Assembly (NCBI GenBank): GCA_012523785.1
Contig: JAAYTH010000042.1
Location: 1-37,810 of the forward strand
Direction: 5' to 3'
Length of the DNA: 37,810 nucleotides
Origin: Bacillota bacterium
Lineage (GTDB): Bacteria; Bacillota; DTU030
Position 1 is the stretch's first letter. Each line of letters begins with the position of its first letter. Shown here piece after piece: positions 1 through 8,651 of the stretch. Both the position numbers and the translations under genes were made by a program. The notes beneath the pieces are model-generated. The model ran no database searches. It was not told the origin of the DNA and worked only from the letters and a program-made list of their open reading frames with translations.

Positions 1-1
1 C

Positions 2-565
2 GGGCGTGGACCTTTGGCTGGCCCGGTGGTAGCAGCCGCCGTTATTTTGGAAATAGATAAACCCCTTTGGGGTCTTGATGACTCAAAAAGAATATCACCC
101 CGGCAAAGGGAAGAATTGTACAGACAGATCACTTCCTCGGCCATTGCTTGGGCCGTTGCCAGTAGCGGGCCGGAGTACATAGATGCCACCAATATTTTAC
201 AGGCGACTAGGATGGCCATGTCCAAAGCATACAATAAATTAATTGTACCCCCAGATTATCTCCTTTTGGATGCCATCCATCTCCCTTGCATAAAGATACC
301 CCAAGAAGGAATAATTGGCGGTGATGGCAAATGTGCTTGTATAGCTGCCGCCTCTGTTGTGGCCAAGGTGACCCGGGACAGATGGATGAAAAAATGGGAT
401 CAGCAATACCCCGGGTACGGCTTTGCTAATCATAAAGGATACCCAACCCCTGAGCATCTAAAAGCCCTTACTAGGCTGGGACCTACTCCCATCCACCGGT
501 TAAGTTTTCAGCCCCTGGCCGATCTTTGTCCCACCGACGAAAATATCACCAGTGGGGGATGGTAA
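2..565 (+). CDS. rnhB: Ribonuclease HII, 5'-truncated by the window edge
   Basis: The frame is open from position 2 (GRGPLAGPVV) and has the DSK, GDGK..IAAASVVAKVTRD, GYG..HKGY and IHRLSF motifs. The ORF-track TTG start at 14 is internal. Confidence 0.97.
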   Translation, partial: GRGPLAGPVVAAAVILEIDKPLWGLDDSKRISPRQREELYRQITSSAIAWAVASSGPEYIDATNILQATRMAMSKAYNKLIVPPDYLLLDAIHLPCIKIPQEGIIGGDGKCACIAAASVVAKVTRDRWMKKWDQQYPGYGFANHKGYPTPEHLKALTRLGPTPIHRLSFQPLADLCPTDENITSGGW

Positions 566-568
566 AAT

Positions 569-943
569 ATGGCCGATAAGCAGAAAATTGGTCGCCTGGG
601 GGAGGAGTTGGCCTTTCGCAAGTTACGACAAGAAGGTTACCATATATTAGAACGAAATTTCTGCTGCCCCTTGGGAGAAATTGATCTTATTGCCCGGGAA
701 GGCGGGGACTTGGTTTTTATCGAGGTTAAGACCCGTTCTTCAAAACGCTTTGGTTTGCCACAAGAGGCGGTAGACTGGAGAAAACAACGACGGCTTTATC
801 GGTTGGCTGAGTATTATATGATCAGTAAAAATTTAACAGCCACAAGTTGTCGCTTTGATGTAGCCGCTGTCCTGCTTACTGCCAAAAACACAGCCCGGAT
901 TCAAATAATTAAGAGTGCCTTTTCCCTTTCGGGAGGTTGGTAA
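569..943 (+). CDS. yraN: YraN/UPF0102 family PD-(D/E)xK nuclease
   Basis: GRLGEELA, GEIDLIA, LVFIEVKTR and RFDV motifs; usual position after rnhB and before comM. Confidence 0.95.
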   Translation: MADKQKIGRLGEELAFRKLRQEGYHILERNFCCPLGEIDLIAREGGDLVFIEVKTRSSKRFGLPQEAVDWRKQRRLYRLAEYYMISKNLTATSCRFDVAAVLLTAKNTARIQIIKSAFSLSGGW

Positions 944-946
944 TGC

Positions 947-1405
947 ATGCATGTGGTACTGTACAAACCTGAGATCCCCCAAAACACCGGCAATATTGCC
1001 AGAACCTGCGCTGTAACTAAAACAACTTTGCATTTGATACAACCCTTGGGTTTTTCCACATCGGACCGGTACTTAAAACGCGCCGGCCTGGACTATTGGC
1101 AATATGTAACAATTTGCTATTGGAGGGACATCAACCAGCTGCGGCAGGCATACCCAGATAGTAACTTCTATCTCTTTAGCGTCAGGGGTAATAAGCCCTA
1201 TCACCTTTTATCCTATGACAAAAGTGATTTTTTGGTCTTTGGTTGTGAAACCAGTGGACTGCCAGATGAATTATTACAATCTGATTGGGGCGATTGTATT
1301 CGGATCCCCATGCGTACCGGTCTTCGCTCCCTTAATCTCTCCAATGCCGTTGCCCTTGTTTTATATGAGGCCTTACGTCAGCAAGGTTTTCCCGAATTTA
1401 CCTGA
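947..1405 (+). CDS. trmL: tRNA (cytidine/uridine-34-2'-O)-methyltransferase, SPOUT family
   Basis: PEIPQNTGNIARTC, LKRAGLDYW, FG.ET.GLP, RIPM...RSLNLSN and YEALRQ motifs; GGAGG RBS upstream. Confidence 0.95.
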   Translation: MHVVLYKPEIPQNTGNIARTCAVTKTTLHLIQPLGFSTSDRYLKRAGLDYWQYVTICYWRDINQLRQAYPDSNFYLFSVRGNKPYHLLSYDKSDFLVFGCETSGLPDELLQSDWGDCIRIPMRTGLRSLNLSNAVALVLYEALRQQGFPEFT

Positions 1406-1495
1406 AATAAGCGACTGTTTATAACACCCGGCAGAGAAATGCTTTCAGCCTATACCGGCGGATATTATAAAATCTATCATAAAGGAGTTGGAAGT

Positions 1496-3034
1496 ATGCC
1501 CTTTGCCAAGGTATACAGTGCAGCTGTCCTGGGAATGGATGGTTACAAAGTTGAGGTAGAAGTAGATACCTCCCTTGGCCTTCCGGCCTTTGATCTTATA
1601 GGGTTGCCAGATTCGGCCCTGCGCGAGGCTAAAGAAAGGGTACGGGCAGCCTTGAAAAACTCCGGGTTTCGTACACCTTCCCGGAGAATAACAATAAACC
1701 TTGCTCCTGCAGATCGAAGAAAGGAAGGTTCCGCCTTTGATCTATCTATTGCCATCGGTATCCTCATCGCCTCTGAACAGGTCCAACCATATAATCTTGA
1801 AGACACCCTTATTGTGGGGGAACTATCATTAGATGGCTCCCTACGGCCAATCACGGGTATCCTTCCTATGGTTATGGATTGGAAAAAACAAGGGGGTGCG
1901 CGGGTTTTCCTACCGGCTGAAAACGCCAGCGAGGCCGCCCTAATAGATGGCCTAAAGATTTATCCTTTTAATTCCTTAGGTGAAGTAATCAGCTTTCTAA
2001 AGGGGGAAATAAAGCGAGAACCCTATGAAAAACAAGCACATCCCCCCAGAACCCCACGGGGGAAAAAGCTTGACTTTTCCGATGTAAAGGGTCAAGAAGT
2101 TGCCAAACGCGCCTTGGAAATCGCAGCCGCTGGCGGTCATAATGTGCTGATGATCGGCCCCCCGGGTTCGGGTAAAACTATGTTGGCCCGCCGGTTGCCC
2201 GGTATATTACCGAAAATATCCTTTTCGGAATCCTTGGAAGTAACACGAATCTACAGTGTTGCCGGTCTCCTTCCCTCAAAACAGCCCTTGATCAATACCC
2301 GTCCCTTTCGTGATCCCCACCATACAATATCATATGCAGGCATGGTCGGCGGAGGGAGAATTCCCCTCCCGGGTGAAATAAGCTTGGCCCACACGGGGGT
2401 ACTCTTCCTTGATGAATTTCCCGAATTTAACCGGGATGTTTTGGAAGTATTAAGGCAACCCCTGGAAGAAGGAACAGTTACAATTTCCAGGGCTAATGCC
2501 ACCTTGACCTATCCTGCCAGATTCATGCTGTTGACTGCGATGAATCCCTGTAATTGTGGATATTTTGGCGATTCTCTCCGCGAATGTAGCTGTACCCCGT
2601 ATCAGGTGCAAAGATATCGTAGCAAAATATCGGGACCGCTACTGGATAGGATTGATCTACATATAGAAGTACCCCGCCTAAAATATAATGAAATAGCGGT
2701 TAATACGCCGGCCGAACCTTCACAAGTTATTGCCCAACGGGTGCATAATGCCCGCCTAATTCAACAAGAGAGGTTTTTTTCCACCGCCGGTGAGCAAAAG
2801 TTCAACGCCCTTATGACCGTTCCCATGATGCGGAAATATTGCCCCCTAAAAAAAGAAGCCCGGGATCTGATGCGCCAGGCTTTTCAAAAATTGGGTTTAA
2901 GTGCTCGGGCCCATGACCGCATATTGAAATTAGCACGGACCATTGCTGATTTAGAACAGGAAACAAATATTCTGGTAGAACATGTGGCAGAAGCCCTCCA
3001 GTATCGCCACCTAGATCAAAGATTATGGACCTAG
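1496..3034 (+). CDS. comM: YifB/ComM family Mg-chelatase-like AAA+ ATPase (transformation helicase)
   Basis: INLAPAD.RKEG..FDL, Walker A GPPGSGKT, LFLDEFPEF, MNPCNCG, ISGPLLDRID and ARTIADL. Start moved from 1439 to ATG 1496, which follows AAAGGAG. Confidence 0.95.
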   Translation: MPFAKVYSAAVLGMDGYKVEVEVDTSLGLPAFDLIGLPDSALREAKERVRAALKNSGFRTPSRRITINLAPADRRKEGSAFDLSIAIGILIASEQVQPYNLEDTLIVGELSLDGSLRPITGILPMVMDWKKQGGARVFLPAENASEAALIDGLKIYPFNSLGEVISFLKGEIKREPYEKQAHPPRTPRGKKLDFSDVKGQEVAKRALEIAAAGGHNVLMIGPPGSGKTMLARRLPGILPKISFSESLEVTRIYSVAGLLPSKQPLINTRPFRDPHHTISYAGMVGGGRIPLPGEISLAHTGVLFLDEFPEFNRDVLEVLRQPLEEGTVTISRANATLTYPARFMLLTAMNPCNCGYFGDSLRECSCTPYQVQRYRSKISGPLLDRIDLHIEVPRLKYNEIAVNTPAEPSQVIAQRVHNARLIQQERFFSTAGEQKFNALMTVPMMRKYCPLKKEARDLMRQAFQKLGLSARAHDRILKLARTIADLEQETNILVEHVAEALQYRHLDQRLWT

Positions 3035-3042
3035 CCACAGTT

Positions 3043-3954
3043 TTATATTAGGCGATGCAACAACTGTTCCCGGTCTCCGTAGATGAAGTCCAGTGGGGGT
3101 ATCTCCGGGAGACTGTAGCATCCAGGCCTCTGCTTGAGGCTGGCCCTTGCCGCCGAAACCAACACTTGGCCGGTAGCCGCCGGGTTAGTTATTGACATAT
3201 TAAATTCCAGCCGCTGGTTATGGGTTTTCCCCGCAACACCTTTTCTTTCTATGCGAACCCCATGGCCCATATCTATGAGTTCTTTAACATTTTTAACGGA
3301 AAAAACATGAGTTTCATCATTAATAAAATATTGGTTGTCTTTTATAGTTCTTGAAATGTTTTCCAGGTCATAACCATCATAAAGTTCTACATAGACCATC
3401 CGCTTGTGAATACCCATACCCAGGGGTACAGTGATAGAAATAGCATCTTTTACCCCTTTTATGCCTTTAACGACAACGGTATGCCCCATGCTCATCCCGG
3501 GGCCGAAGTTTACATTGGTAATCCCCTCGGGCGTAATAATTTCAAAGATCGTTCTTATAATGGAGTCAGTGCCCGGATCCCATCCCGCCGCTATAATAGA
3601 AACACAGCCATATTCCTTTGCCAACTTATCCAGATGTTTTTTTAATTTCAGAGCAGAATCACCGTGAATATCATAGGGATCCACCGTGTTTATACCTCTT
3701 TTCAAATATGTGGGGGCAATCTTGGGTACTGCCAGACTATTGACTGCCAGGATGGCCACATCTATCTCACCCAGATCCAGGGGATCAGCCACCAATGGAA
3801 TAGCCTTTACATTTTGTTTTAAGGTTTCCACAAGCTGGGGCACTTCTACAATTCCGGCTAAACGCATATCTGCACTTTGTTGAATTGCTTCCACAACACA
3901 TTGGCCAACATTGCCATAGCCGACAACAGCAACACTAAATTGTTTCAATTCCAT
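3043..3954 (-). CDS. ddh: meso-diaminopimelate D-dehydrogenase, short (Symbiobacterium-like, type II) subfamily
   Basis: VAVVGYGNVG Rossmann motif, YDIHG, GWDPGTDS, NFGPGMSMGH, MGHGV.IERKG and NPA.TGQ; 303 aa. Confidence 0.9.
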   Translation of the reverse strand: MELKQFSVAVVGYGNVGQCVVEAIQQSADMRLAGIVEVPQLVETLKQNVKAIPLVADPLDLGEIDVAILAVNSLAVPKIAPTYLKRGINTVDPYDIHGDSALKLKKHLDKLAKEYGCVSIIAAGWDPGTDSIIRTIFEIITPEGITNVNFGPGMSMGHTVVVKGIKGVKDAISITVPLGMGIHKRMVYVELYDGYDLENISRTIKDNQYFINDETHVFSVKNVKELIDMGHGVRIERKGVAGKTHNQRLEFNMSITNPAATGQVLVSAARASLKQRPGCYSLPEIPPLDFIYGDREQLLHRLI

Positions 3955-3981
3955 TTCCCCCTTCTGACTGCAATTTACTTA

Positions 3982-4010
3982 ATTATATTATGTTGCCCGG
4001 CGGCTGGCAA
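3982..4010 (-). promoter_or_regulatory. sigmaA-type promoter of ddh
   Basis: The minus strand reads TTGCCA (4010-4005), 17 bp, TATAAT (3987-3982), followed by the AAGGGGG RBS and the ATG. Confidence 0.75.
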
Positions 4011-4195
4011 GGAACATAACCCATAAATCCTGCGTTCTTTCCTAGTAGCGGTACTGTTCAGTGATGCCTATGGTGTCATCCAGGGCGGAATGATATAAAA
4101 GTGGCTTTCTATTTTAATCTAGTTACTAAGGATATGCTATTCAGGTAGGATAAGGGAAGGATATGTGGAGAGGCAGGAGCCTGGAGGTATTAGAA

Positions 4196-4759
4196 ATGGC
4201 TACAATTCAAAATAGTTTAGCCTTTGCCCAAGAACTAATTCGCCAAGTACTGCTTCCCGGTGAACAAGCCATAGATGCCACAGCCGGTAATGGCCACGAT
4301 ACTGTCTTTTTGGCTCGCCTGGTAGGAAGTAAGGGTAAGATTTGGGCCTTTGATATCCAAGTCGAGGCAATAAAAAACACGGAAGAACGTCTGGAAAAAG
4401 AGAACCTCAGGCAGCGGGTAAATCTTTTGCTGCAAGGACATGAAAATATGGCCGTATATATAAAGAAGCCAGTGGGAGCCATTATGTTTAACCTGGGTTA
4501 TTTACCCGGTGGTGATCATTCCATCATCACCCGGCCAGACACTACTATTTCGGCCGTAAAGTCTGGTTTAAAGCTGCTGCGCCCCGGTGGAATTATGACT
4601 ATAGTTATGTATACCGGGCATACTGATGGTGGGACGGAGGCCGCCCAATTAAAAAGATTTTGCCACACCCTTAACCAAAAAGACTATCATGTCCTCTCCT
4701 ACTGTTTCCTTAACCAGCAAAATCATCCCCCCCAATTACTTGCAATTGAAAAGAGATAA
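4196..4759 (+). CDS. mnmM: YtqB/MnmM-family class I SAM-dependent methyltransferase (probable tRNA mnm5(s2)U34 methyltransferase)
   Basis: DATAGNGHDT, AFDIQ, GHENM, FNLGYLPGGD and Y.GH..G..E motifs. Start moved to ATG 4196 after GGAGG. Confidence 0.8.
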   Translation: MATIQNSLAFAQELIRQVLLPGEQAIDATAGNGHDTVFLARLVGSKGKIWAFDIQVEAIKNTEERLEKENLRQRVNLLLQGHENMAVYIKKPVGAIMFNLGYLPGGDHSIITRPDTTISAVKSGLKLLRPGGIMTIVMYTGHTDGGTEAAQLKRFCHTLNQKDYHVLSYCFLNQQNHPPQLLAIEKR

Positions 4760-4830
4760 AACCAAGGTGTTGCTTGCAGCCCACAGTACTACTTCTGGCT
4801 AAAGTGATAAAAGCCTATTTTGTCGCAATA

Positions 4831-4858
4831 GCAGGATTTATTGCCCACAATGACAAAT
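4831..4858 (+). promoter_or_regulatory. Possible sigmaH-like promoter upstream of dprA
   Basis: GCAGGATTT-N12-GACAAAT versus the consensus RNAGGAWWW-N11/12-RNNGAAT, with one mismatch in the -10. Confidence 0.3.
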
Positions 4859-5004
4859 AACATATAGGAATAATTAGCTGAGGGCTGACGATAATATTTG
4901 TATATGAAAATCCATTGCAAATTTGCCATAAATCCTACATTTTGCTGATTTTTTGCATTATATATCCCCATATTTTTATCCATACTGTAGCAAGGGGTGA
5001 AGGC

Positions 5005-6084
5005 ATGAGTGACGAGAGGTTATATTGGTGGGCTCTATCCTTGGTTCCGGGTATAGGGGCAAAACGGTTCTATACGTTGATGGAAGAATTCGGTTCCGGG
5101 GAAAATATTTGGAAATGTACCGACACGGATTTGAGAAAAATACTGCCGTTGCGAACCAGGAATGAGTTTACCAAGTTTAGAATAAATTTTGACCCCGAGC
5201 CCCGGTTAAGGGCATTGCAAAAAAAGGGCATATCCTTCTTTACCCTTTTGGATCCTGAATACCCGGAAAGCCTAAGAAACATCGTAGATCCTCCCCCGGT
5301 CCTATATGTCTTAGGAAAACTACAGCAACGGGACCAACGGGCGGTGGCAGTGGTAGGAAGCCGCCGGCTAACCCCCTATGGACGCACTACCGCAGAGCGT
5401 TTCGGACGGGAACTGGCCGAATTAGGGTTCACCGTTATAAGTGGCATGGCCCGGGGTATTGATAGCTGTGCTCACCGGGGTTGTTTGACAGCAAGGGGGC
5501 GCACCATTGCAGTACTTGGCTGTGGCCTGGACTATGTATACCCACCGGAAAATCGCAATCTCATGAAAAGGATAGCCCAAAATGGAGCGGTAGTATCAGA
5601 ATTCCCCCTGGGTACTCCACCGAAGGCAGGGCATTTCCCCATCCGAAACCGCATCATCAGCGGGCTTGCCCTGGGGGTGCTGGTAGTGGAGGCTGCAGCA
5701 ACCAGTGGCTCCTTAATTACTGTGGATTGGGCTTTGGAACAGGGGCGGGAAGTTTTTGCTGTACCGGGAAACATCAATAGTCGTTACAGCTTGGGGACTA
5801 ATTTTCTTATCAAGCAGGGTGCCCACCTGGTACAGGAAGCCCGGGAAATTGCCGAGGTGCTCCAGATACCCATTGAGGGAGATACCGCCCAAAGTAAAGC
5901 CTTTAAACTGAGCAATGACGAAAAGGCCGTATTAGCTGTTTTTCAGGAGCGCCACCTTCATATTGATGAAATAATCCGGGCTAGCCAAATGACATCACAA
6001 CAGGTTATTGCAATTTTGCTGATGCTGGAATTGAAGGGGTGTGTGCAGCAATTGCCAGGGAAAATGTTTGTCAAAACACGTTAA
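5005..6084 (+). CDS. dprA: DNA-processing protein DprA
   Basis: YPESL..I.DPP..LY, AVVGSR, SGMARGID, FPIRNRIISGL, VEAA..SGSLIT, GREVFAVPG and a C-terminal winged helix. Start moved to ATG 5005 after AGGGGTGA. Confidence 0.96.
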   Translation: MSDERLYWWALSLVPGIGAKRFYTLMEEFGSGENIWKCTDTDLRKILPLRTRNEFTKFRINFDPEPRLRALQKKGISFFTLLDPEYPESLRNIVDPPPVLYVLGKLQQRDQRAVAVVGSRRLTPYGRTTAERFGRELAELGFTVISGMARGIDSCAHRGCLTARGRTIAVLGCGLDYVYPPENRNLMKRIAQNGAVVSEFPLGTPPKAGHFPIRNRIISGLALGVLVVEAAATSGSLITVDWALEQGREVFAVPGNINSRYSLGTNFLIKQGAHLVQEAREIAEVLQIPIEGDTAQSKAFKLSNDEKAVLAVFQERHLHIDEIIRASQMTSQQVIAILLMLELKGCVQQLPGKMFVKTR

Positions 6085-6224
6085 ATCAATCATACACATA
6101 AATTTTTATCCCCCGCAGGTGGATTGGCTGGCAAAATTACAGTTTTTATATACACCAGGTCTGGCTTAGTGCTTTTCGGATAGGGCAGTTTAAAATTTGG
6201 CTGTCACCATATTATAACCTTAAC

Positions 6225-6259
6225 AACCGGGGGCTTTCTTTTGACACTCCGGTTTTTTT
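6225..6259 (+). terminator. Terminator-like hairpin after dprA, overlapping the topA promoter
   Basis: AACCGGGG (6225-6232) pairs with CTCCGGTT (6247-6254) with one G-U; 14-nt loop; T run continues to 6259. Confidence 0.45.
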
Positions 6260-6269
6260 CTGTTAAAGT
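6241..6269 (+). promoter_or_regulatory. sigmaA promoter of topA (extended -10)
   Basis: TTGACA (6241-6246), 17 bp ending in TGT, then TAAAGT (6264-6269). Confidence 0.75.
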
Positions 6270-6305
6270 TGTGGGTAGTAAAATTGAGTCGGTGGAGGTG
6301 AAGGT

Positions 6306-8417
6306 GTGGCCAAGTCTTTGATAATAGTGGAATCACCCGCCAAGGCGAGGACCATAAAAAGATTTTTAGACGATAGTTATCAAGTTAGTGCTTCTATGGG
6401 CCATGTCCGGGATTTACCCCGCAGCCAATTTGGGGTCGATATTGAAAAGGGTTTTGAACCCAAGTATATTACCATCCGGGGCAAAGGCCCTGTGCTGCAG
6501 GAATTAAGACAAAAAGCAAAAAAGGCTGCAAATATTTATCTTGCAGCAGACCCCGACCGGGAAGGGGAGGCCATTGCCTGGCATTTAAGTAAGGCCTTGA
6601 AAATAAACGAAAATACCCGCTGTCGCATCGAGTTTAATGAAATCACCCAAAAGGCAATACTTAATTCTTTAAAAAAACCTCGCCGTATTGATATCAATCG
6701 GGTCAATGCCCAACAGGCCCGGAGGATTTTAGATCGCTTGGTTGGATATAATCTTAGCCCCCTTCTGTGGCAAAAGGTAAGGAAAGGCCTAAGTGCCGGG
6801 AGGGTGCAGTCTGTTGCCCTGCGTTTAATTTGTGAAAGAGAACGGGAAATAACTGCCTTTATTCCGGAAGAATATTGGAGCTTAAATGCTCATTTAAAGG
6901 AGCCACAATCGGAAGATATCTTCACTGCCATCTTCTATGGTGCTGGGAAGGAAAAAGTAGAATTAAAAACTGAAATAGAAACTAATCGTATCGTGGAACA
7001 ATTACAAGGATGTGACTTCCACGTAGATAAAGTCAGCCGCAAGGTGCGAAAAAGGAATCCTCCCCAGCCCTTTACCACCAGCAGTCTCCAGCAAGAGGCC
7101 TCCCAAAAATTAGGCTTTAGTGTTAGGAAAACCATGTCCTTGGCTCAACAACTATATGAGGGATTAGACTTGGGGAAAGAGGGTACCGTTGGGTTGGTCA
7201 CATACATCCGTACCGATTCAACCCGGCTTTCCACCCTGGCCAGGGAAGAAGCCAAAACCTATATCGAGAAAGAATTGGGCCCACAGTTTTGGGCTGGACA
7301 AAAAGCCACCCCGGGTAAAAGAGGAAAAGTACAGGATGCCCATGAGGCCATCCGCCCCACCGATGCCCGTAGAACCCCGGAAGTGGTCGGCCCCTTCTTA
7401 AAACGAGATCAATTGAGATTGTATCAATTAATCTGGCGGCGTTTTATTGCCAGCCAAATGTCTCCGGCACGTTATAATACCCTTTCAGTTGATATTAAGG
7501 CGGGAGGGTACCTATTTAGGGCCAGTGGCTCTACACTGTTATTTCCCGGATTTATGAAGATATATATTGAGGAGGAGGGTAAAGCCCAAGAAAAAGACAA
7601 AACATTACCAAAATTAGTAGAGGGGCAAAGGCTGATCCTAAAAGAATTGGAACCGAAGCAACATTTTACCCAACCCCCCCCGCGTTACAGTGAGGCCACC
7701 TTGGTCAAGATATTGGAAGAACAAGGTATTGGCCGCCCTAGTACCTATGCCCCAACGGTAAGCACTATCCTACAACGTGGTTATGTAATTTTAGAAAACC
7801 GCCGTTTTGCCCCTACCGAGCTGGGATTTATCGTGACCGATCTGCTGATTGAATTTTTCCCCGGAATTATTGATCCGGAATTTACCGCTAATATGGAAAA
7901 TCACCTTGATTCCATCGAGGAGGGCAAGTCCGACTGGCGGCAAATTATTGCTGATTTTTACCAACCCTTTGCTGCTGAATTGGAACAAGCCAAAGAAAAA
8001 ATGACTGAGGTGGCAATAAAGGATGAGGTAACTGATGAAATATGTGAAATCTGTGGCCGCAACTTGATTGTAAAACACGGACGGTTTGGAAAATTTCTCG
8101 CCTGCCCCGGTTTTCCCCAGTGCCGATTTACAAAACCAATTTTAGAAGAAATAGGGGTGAAGTGCCCCCAATGTGGAGGAGAACTTGTAGTCCGAAGGGG
8201 CCGGAAGGGGAGGGGGCGCAAATTTTACGGCTGTAGTAATTATCCCAAATGTAAATTTATTCTTTGGGATAAACCCCTAGCCAAAAAATGCCCCCAATGC
8301 AGTAGCCTTCTCGTAGAAAAACGTCCCCGGGGCAAGGAACCTTATTACGCCTGCAGTAACAAAGAATGCGAATATCGTGAAAGTATTCAAGAAGATGACC
8401 TAGACAAAAACCAATGA
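6306..8417 (+). CDS. topA: DNA topoisomerase I (type IA)
   Basis: IIVESPAKA, GHVRDL, DPDREGEAI, SAGRVQS, catalytic TYIRTDS, QDAHEAIRPT, GIGRPSTYA and three C-terminal Zn ribbons; GGAGGTG RBS with GTG start. Confidence 0.98.
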   Translation: MAKSLIIVESPAKARTIKRFLDDSYQVSASMGHVRDLPRSQFGVDIEKGFEPKYITIRGKGPVLQELRQKAKKAANIYLAADPDREGEAIAWHLSKALKINENTRCRIEFNEITQKAILNSLKKPRRIDINRVNAQQARRILDRLVGYNLSPLLWQKVRKGLSAGRVQSVALRLICEREREITAFIPEEYWSLNAHLKEPQSEDIFTAIFYGAGKEKVELKTEIETNRIVEQLQGCDFHVDKVSRKVRKRNPPQPFTTSSLQQEASQKLGFSVRKTMSLAQQLYEGLDLGKEGTVGLVTYIRTDSTRLSTLAREEAKTYIEKELGPQFWAGQKATPGKRGKVQDAHEAIRPTDARRTPEVVGPFLKRDQLRLYQLIWRRFIASQMSPARYNTLSVDIKAGGYLFRASGSTLLFPGFMKIYIEEEGKAQEKDKTLPKLVEGQRLILKELEPKQHFTQPPPRYSEATLVKILEEQGIGRPSTYAPTVSTILQRGYVILENRRFAPTELGFIVTDLLIEFFPGIIDPEFTANMENHLDSIEEGKSDWRQIIADFYQPFAAELEQAKEKMTEVAIKDEVTDEICEICGRNLIVKHGRFGKFLACPGFPQCRFTKPILEEIGVKCPQCGGELVVRRGRKGRGRKFYGCSNYPKCKFILWDKPLAKKCPQCSSLLVEKRPRGKEPYYACSNKECEYRESIQEDDLDKNQ

Positions 8418-8582
8418 TAATTACTTCTGGGGGCAAGAATTTTTACAGATTGAAGGTTCGGGCTACCTACTGTGGCACCACCAGCAGGATTAAATAGACA
8501 AGGAGCTGCTATTTGGGCTATTATTTAGGAGTAGTTAGGAATTAAACTTCTACTTTATTAAAAGTTTGTATATTCGGAGTTG

Positions 8583-8611
8583 TTGAATTTTTTATTTTGT
8601 GTTAATATAGT
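8583..8611 (+). promoter_or_regulatory. sigmaA-type promoter of the xerC-hslV-hslU-codY operon
   Basis: TTGAAT (8583-8588), 17 bp, TATAGT (8606-8611) in an AT-rich spacer. Confidence 0.6.
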
Positions 8612-8651
8612 ATAGGGAAAGTTTATCACGTTTGTTTTTTTATAAAAGTGG

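Noticed and set aside
548-946. RnhB and YraN both end in SGGW-stop
   Set aside because: Explained by the next gene's Shine-Dalgarno (GGGGGA/GGAGGT) overlapping the last codons; this is translational coupling rather than a shared peptide tag.
3971-3998. dif-like string AATTTACTTAA-TTATA-TTATGTTGCCC
   Set aside because: The spacer is 5 bp rather than 6, the arms are poor, and it coincides with the AT-rich ddh -10 region.
4074-4095. TGTCATCC-AGGGC-GGAATGATA, a possible collapsed third copy of the palindromic element
   Set aside because: Too short and mismatched to distinguish from chance without a genome-wide model.
4789-4983. 64-aa minus-strand ORF in the mnmM-dprA spacer
   Set aside because: AT-rich promoter DNA with no recognisable motif and no convincing RBS.
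8595-8622. dif-like site upstream of xerC
   Set aside because: Only about half the positions match the Bacillus dif consensus; better explained as the promoter -10 region.
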